The notes under the pieces are model-generated. The model worked only from the letters and a program-made list of their open reading frames with translations, had not been told where the DNA came from and did not search any database. A program made the translations under genes and the position numbers. Shown piece by piece: positions 25,101-28,952 of a DNA stretch of 28,952 nt (position 1 is the first letter of the stretch; every line of letters begins with the position of its first letter). The DNA comes from a virus. Taxonomy: Duplodnaviria; Caudoviricetes. The stretch is from positions 1 to 28,952 of the IMG/VR virus record IMGVR_UViG_3300017754_002785, one strand, 5' to 3'.

Positions 25101-25883
25101 CTTGTCCATTTTGGCCAATAGGCTGGGGATGTGCGTGGCTCCATACGCGGCAATGCCAGCGGCAGCAGCCGAAGTGAGGGCGTTTTCGTTGCCGCGCTCT
25201 CGCTCCCGGTTGTAGACGTATGCTCCAACGCTGGCACCCGTACCGATCTGTGCAGCTTGTGCCGCAGCATTGTTGGTGATGAAGCGCCCTGCTTGGGCAT
25301 AGCGCCGCTCCACGCCACCGGCCACGCCACCAAAGGCAGCGCCCATAGCGGCAGATGGCAACACCTCGTCATAGAACGCGGGAAGGCGCCCCTCGTCGAT
25401 GGCCTTTTCAGCCGTGGTGGAGATAGTAGCCGCTACCCCGCCCTCGGTGGCGCGGATAAGCATAGGGCGCAGGAAGCCCTGTGCCTTCATCACGGCCTTG
25501 GTGGCCACGCCACCCGGGATGGCTGCGCCAATGCCAGCCCCTGCCACCTGACCGAGCTTCACCTCGCGGCCCGTCTCCCGCTCCTGTAGCTTCTGGTCGA
25601 TCCAGTTGCCTATTCCAGCGCCACCACCAGCACCGGCGAAAGCACCTACGGGTCCACCTACCGCAAAGCCGCCCAAGCCGCCCAGAAGGCCGCCGCCAAC
25701 CTCAAGCAGGGTGCCACGGGCCTGAGTGAGGAGGTTGGTATCCTCGGCCTGAGCGGCCATCTGCATAGTATCCTCCCTAGCACTCGGCCCAGCCACCAAC
25801 TGCTCGGCCTCTTCTTGGGTAGGCTGACGGTTGGCGTCTACTTCAAACGTGCCCCTGCTGGTTTCTATCCTGTAGATTGGCAT
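22176..25883 (-). CDS. Large internal virion / DNA ejection protein
   Basis: 1235 aa with Gly/Ala-rich hydrophobic N-terminal segments (GGGLLGGLGGFAVGGPVGAFAGAGGG), YLRRSY and a mostly helical body. It is the last of three ejection-type genes. Confidence 0.7.
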   Translation of the reverse strand: MPIYRIETSRGTFEVDANRQPTQEEAEQLVAGPSAREDTMQMAAQAEDTNLLTQARGTLLEVGGGLLGGLGGFAVGGPVGAFAGAGGGAGIGNWIDQKLQERETGREVKLGQVAGAGIGAAIPGGVATKAVMKAQGFLRPMLIRATEGGVAATISTTAEKAIDEGRLPAFYDEVLPSAAMGAAFGGVAGGVERRYAQAGRFITNNAAAQAAQIGTGASVGAYVYNRERERGNENALTSAAAAGIAAYGATHIPSLLAKMDKDALNRAVSPERVVGGEVKTQSVERINTAKALEDNAVDLATMAKREAEKWNKANPAAQVTDADLLSVMEGRASYGILPTPVAPFVQKWRQSRAEYSKYILDNYDNLAPDVRETIDRKTIEESYLRRSYAAHDPNAKRGVDYDRDDVREAYHKELSQQIYDNWLRQAQGAGSNAPSGAMVMRNPKQGAGVPYFTMADAEVAASATMHRMMNDVYYAASGKVGVKTGTNVGSPLMSRHELSPLAREWLGEVKDPFMVMKSTLSAQSRLVVHAKYDDEMAAFIINSGIGTTTPGTQKGLVKMSFGDRPIIGEKLANIYVPEQFAKALGEVMSPNLFGDGPVMANFMKAATLSKAMKTVGNLPEALAPQALGNLLLAATSGKINISNLAMGVKMAMRDLGWTGGDPARNLKIIEELKELRALGVLRGGTDSEELRSFMSMAAREKDASKVLDKFSKIYGFADVAARYAIYRGNLTEVKQMYGSTGIPLDAMKRMAARQTMDDFVTQEMVPRRLRQASALTLANNFGAFEFEVARTAVKQVRYAVKLIQEGSQTGNQAMQLIGLKRLASMGSVAAGTAAAVTLFNRSQGILEDEEKDLAKAIPSFDRNKANAFFYTNREKGEFAYFPMNYVMPYANMSNVLAQAFRGENPLPYAKSIIFGDDLGPLATPAIEMITNKYYGSNSEISPTNDKVALFERFASRAFLPQFFAGTLARAEKASRDVVSPMGTVFTEKDVARRLAGIRTTTLQYDKAMLPAFKDAVTPIAGELQGYRRIIRDRINRETGAYDNVNEALLYQESSARYATAQRQLRDLYLSAVRRSGKDGDAKAIAIMEEAGVPSRLIAAAAIGYTEPMPRGIEESDSEIVDRLKEKYKGDPMRKSKIEKELFQMAGDNRVRRKGLYEAMSSGLREDLRNKAPLSDIFAKLPVQSGERARAIGQATQALRQQGGEDAAAKFVQRLRRDGVLTPEVQYQIRNGFTSR

Positions 25884-25892
25884 CCACCTACT

Positions 25893-27782
25893 TTATCGGC
25901 GTTTTTCCATCTCCTCAAAGCGGGCCAGCATTTCGTCTAGCGTCGCCCCGGGCCCCCTGAACGCCTTCCTGAGCTTGGTCCTTTGCTCATCGGTCATACG
26001 GCGAAGAATCCAACCCGGGGACCTGTCCTCACGCTTTTTGGTTTGAGGAAGTTCCTGATTCAAAACCGCCTCCAGTATCTGCCGCTTTCGCGCATCGGCC
26101 TCCGACTCCTTGCGCTTTTGGGCCATCTCTTTGGACAGCTCGTCTATCTGATTGCTAAGGCGGACAGCCGTAGGCGATTTTTTATTGGAGAGCGAATCAT
26201 ACCTAGACATCAGGGTGTCCAGCTTGGACTTGTCCGTCAGGTAAGTTTTCTGATTTTCATCAGTTCTCCAGCTTTCAGGCGTAAGAACCCGCTTGGCCTC
26301 AAGGCCAAATGCACGAAGGGCATCTGCAACGGCCTCGTTTCGATCAGCGCGAACCTGTGCTGTGCTGCGTTCGGAGGCAGCATCCTTCATAGGGGAGGGC
26401 GCATTTGCCGAAACTGCGGGCGAAGGGGCGCTCTCTGGGCCAGAGAACGGACGGGTCTGGCCCATAAAGCCCGTGGGGGTCCCAGCCAAGGACAGATTTG
26501 AGGTCTGGGAAGGGGCTTGGGCAGGTGGCTGAGCAGGAGCCTGCCCGGAGTCTGAGAAGGGCCGAATGCCGCCAGTAAAGCCTGTGGCAGCCGCAGCCAA
26601 GGATAGGTTTGCGGGCTGAGCGGGGGTCTGTACAGTCTGCTGAGCGGGGGTCTGAGTGGAAGTCTGGGCAGAGGCCTGAGCGGGGGCCTGAGTGGAGGCC
26701 TGAGCGGGATTGGCAGGCTGCGTCGCCTGCATGTCCTGAGCCGAAGGCGCTGGCTCAACACTAACAGGCTTTGGCTTTCCCTTAACTAAAAGAGCTCCCT
26801 TGCCAAAGTCGCGCAGGCGAGAGGCCAGCTCCTCTCGGGCTTCCAGCTTGCCAGCATCTCCAAGGGCGGATCGCAGATTCTCGACCTGAATATCCTGCTC
26901 AAGGGCGTTTCCGTCCTTCTCGGCTTGCTGGAACGCCTTTGCATAGGCAGCAATCTTTTCTCCTTGGGTCGCAGGAGGCGGCTTCCCGGTGTCGATCTGA
27001 GTCGAAATACCCCTTACCTTGTCGGTAAGGATTTCTCGACCATTGGCGTCCACGCTAATCCCGAAGCCCTTTTCCGTGCCATCTCGCACACGTTTTAGGA
27101 AGTCCGAGTTGGCAGCGTCCTCCTTTAGCTTCTGATCGGCCAGCCTCTTATCCAATGCAGCCCGCTCACGAGCCAGCCCAAGCTGCTCAGCATTAATGAC
27201 ATTGCCAAGTGCGCGGCTAGCCGCTTCAGGCGGGAGACCGGCTTCGGCCACGGCCTTCACCTTCTCGTCGTAGGTCGTGTCCTTCGTGAAGCCACGAGAC
27301 AGCTCGGAATACCTGCCCCAAGCCTCATCCGTCTGCTTGGCCTGATCGAGGTCGTAAGCCATCTTTTTAACAGATGCCTCCGCCTGTTTGGCGTACAACT
27401 GCTTCATCTGGGCCTCGCGAGCCTTCTCGGCCAAATCCACCGTAGTTTGAAGCTCGGCGTTGAGCTTCATATTATCATTCAGCGTCAGCCCGCCACCCTT
27501 GGCCATCTTTGCCATCAAGCCATCCAACGCCTTCTGGTCAGGAGCAAAGTTCTTGAGGGTGGGGTCTTGTGCAAACGCCCTGATGAGGGAGGCGTTGCGG
27601 CCTTCCAGAACAGCATTCTGCTCACGCTTCTTCAGGTAGTCCTGAAAGCCCTGTGAGACGCCCTCGGATAGGGCTGCTGAGCCCTGCATCCGGCCCTGTG
27701 CAGCCATCTGCGCCCCTTGCAGGAAGGGAGAATAGTCTACACGGCCAAGGGCCGGATTGATGCCTGAGCCAATAGCTGCCAT
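25893..27782 (-). CDS. Internal virion protein with a low-complexity Q/A/P/T linker
   Basis: 629 aa starting MAAIGSGINPALGRVDYSPFLQG, with coiled coils and a repeat linker. Confidence 0.7.
   Translation of the reverse strand: MAAIGSGINPALGRVDYSPFLQGAQMAAQGRMQGSAALSEGVSQGFQDYLKKREQNAVLEGRNASLIRAFAQDPTLKNFAPDQKALDGLMAKMAKGGGLTLNDNMKLNAELQTTVDLAEKAREAQMKQLYAKQAEASVKKMAYDLDQAKQTDEAWGRYSELSRGFTKDTTYDEKVKAVAEAGLPPEAASRALGNVINAEQLGLARERAALDKRLADQKLKEDAANSDFLKRVRDGTEKGFGISVDANGREILTDKVRGISTQIDTGKPPPATQGEKIAAYAKAFQQAEKDGNALEQDIQVENLRSALGDAGKLEAREELASRLRDFGKGALLVKGKPKPVSVEPAPSAQDMQATQPANPAQASTQAPAQASAQTSTQTPAQQTVQTPAQPANLSLAAAATGFTGGIRPFSDSGQAPAQPPAQAPSQTSNLSLAGTPTGFMGQTRPFSGPESAPSPAVSANAPSPMKDAASERSTAQVRADRNEAVADALRAFGLEAKRVLTPESWRTDENQKTYLTDKSKLDTLMSRYDSLSNKKSPTAVRLSNQIDELSKEMAQKRKESEADARKRQILEAVLNQELPQTKKREDRSPGWILRRMTDEQRTKLRKAFRGPGATLDEMLARFEEMEKRR
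26440..26745 (-). repeat. Intragenic degenerate tandem repeats
   Basis: CTGAGCGGGG(G/T)CTG-like units encode QAPA/QAST/QTPA. There is also a duplicated NLSLA..TGF.G..RPFS peptide. Confidence 0.7.
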
Positions 27783-27794
27783 AGTTTTGTTTAG

Positions 27795-28952
27795 TTAGCG
27801 TCCGCCTCCGTAGCTGAATCCTCCTCCGGGGGCGCTCCACGGGGTTCCGGTCTTGGCTAGTGAAGGAGGAGGCGTGGAAGCAGTAGTGTTGCCTCCAAAC
27901 ACATTTCCCCAGTTGATGTTCCCAGCCGCAGCTCCAAGGCCCTTGGCGATGTTGCCGTACATATCGCCGGTGACCTTTGCATTGGCCCCAGCAGCCGCAC
28001 CAGCAGCGCCAGCCACGGCAGCGTTGTAGTTGGCCGTGTTGGCGTTGTTGGCAAGGGCCAGATTGACGCCAGCATCGAGGTTGAACAGCTCAGGCGTGTT
28101 GCGCGTGGACATATTCATCGCCGTGTTCAGGGCGTTGCCCCCCATCGAGATGGCGTCCGCATTGCGACCAATGCCAGACAGGGCCAGCGCAGCAGGCGTG
28201 ATGTTGCCATACTGGTTAGCCAACTGATTGGCGAACGAGCGGTCGGCATTGAGCATATTCTGCTCCATCCCTGTCGTGGTGTTGAGCCGGTTGAATCGAG
28301 CAGTGAGTTCGTCCAGACCAAACTGACGATTGGCCAGTTGGGCCTGCATATCCTGCTGGGAGCCAAACTGGGACACATTGAAGCCCATCTGCTGATTGGC
28401 CAGATTGGCTTGCAGATTGGCCTGCTGATTGAGCCGCTGTACGTCCTGAAGGTTCTGGATGTTGAACATCCCGGCCTGCATTCCGGCTTGCTGGTTGGCA
28501 AGTGCAGCCCGCAGGAACGCATCTTGATTGGCCAGATTGGCCTGAAGGTTGGTCTGCTGATTGGCGAGGTCGCCACGCAGCATAGCATCCACGTTGAACT
28601 GACCAGCTTGAAGCTGATTGCCCACGTTGGCCTGCTGGCGCTGGATGTCCGTGCGGAGGACATCCGTAGCAAGCTGCTGGCCCATCTGCTGGGCCCCAAG
28701 GAGCTGCTGGTTAATCTGCTGCGCCATTGCAATGTCCTGAGCAGAACGCTCACGGGCCGCACCTGCACGGGCAAGGGCCTCACCCGTGATGGAGGCATTG
28801 TCCATCAGTCGGCCAGAACTGGCATAGCCCTCTCGGGAGCCCTGCGTAGCCGCACGGATTTCCTCAGCAGAGAGCTGGCCCGGAGTAGCCGCCCGAGCCA
28901 AACCCTGTTGCTGAAGGGCTTGCGAAAGGGGGCTTAGTTGCTGGCCCTGAAG
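27795..28952 (-). CDS. Internal virion / DNA transfer protein, Gln/Asn-rich (start lies beyond the right edge)
   Basis: The frame is open to the window edge. It has repeated (Q/T)ANLQANLANQ(Q/D) motifs and a Gly/Ala-rich C-terminus. Confidence 0.7.
   Translation of the reverse strand, partial: LQGQQLSPLSQALQQQGLARAATPGQLSAEEIRAATQGSREGYASSGRLMDNASITGEALARAGAARERSAQDIAMAQQINQQLLGAQQMGQQLATDVLRTDIQRQQANVGNQLQAGQFNVDAMLRGDLANQQTNLQANLANQDAFLRAALANQQAGMQAGMFNIQNLQDVQRLNQQANLQANLANQQMGFNVSQFGSQQDMQAQLANRQFGLDELTARFNRLNTTTGMEQNMLNADRSFANQLANQYGNITPAALALSGIGRNADAISMGGNALNTAMNMSTRNTPELFNLDAGVNLALANNANTANYNAAVAGAAGAAAGANAKVTGDMYGNIAKGLGAAAGNINWGNVFGGNTTASTPPPSLAKTGTPWSAPGGGFSYGGGR

Noticed and set aside
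26600-28640. CRISPR-like or DGR-like repeats
   Set aside because: The repeats are in-frame peptide repeats without unique spacers, and there is no reverse transcriptase.

Overview
This window is part of a GC-rich tailed dsDNA phage genome with a podovirus-like gene set. No integrase, CRISPR array or host genes are visible. There are four blocks. (1) A minus-strand head and packaging operon at 1-9112: TerS, TerL, portal, scaffold, major capsid and adaptor. (2) A minus-strand accessory, probably early, cassette at about 9350-13660 encoding an amidoligase plus class II glutamine amidotransferase pair and small proteins. (3) A plus-strand replication and nucleotide module at about 13800-22180: SSB-like protein, ThyX, lysozyme-like protein, PD-(D/E)XK nuclease, DnaB-like helicase, HNH nuclease and metallophosphoesterase, with no recognisable primase, polymerase or initiator. 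(4) Minus-strand internal virion (ejection) proteins from 22176 to the end. The most unusual signals are non-coding. A 51-52 bp G/C-tract inverted repeat (9296-9346 and 13662-13713) brackets the whole accessory cassette. The cassette also carries strand-specific G-T-wobble hairpins and GNA-triloop hairpins, which suggests a single-stranded DNA phase. A tRNA-like RNA (3739-3870) has a compensatory C19-G56 elbow swap and a 67-nt structured domain in place of the anticodon loop, and it lies antisense between scaffold and portal. A multi-helix element of about 340 nt (13932-14268) heads the replication module. All protein calls come from motif recognition and synteny, not database searches.
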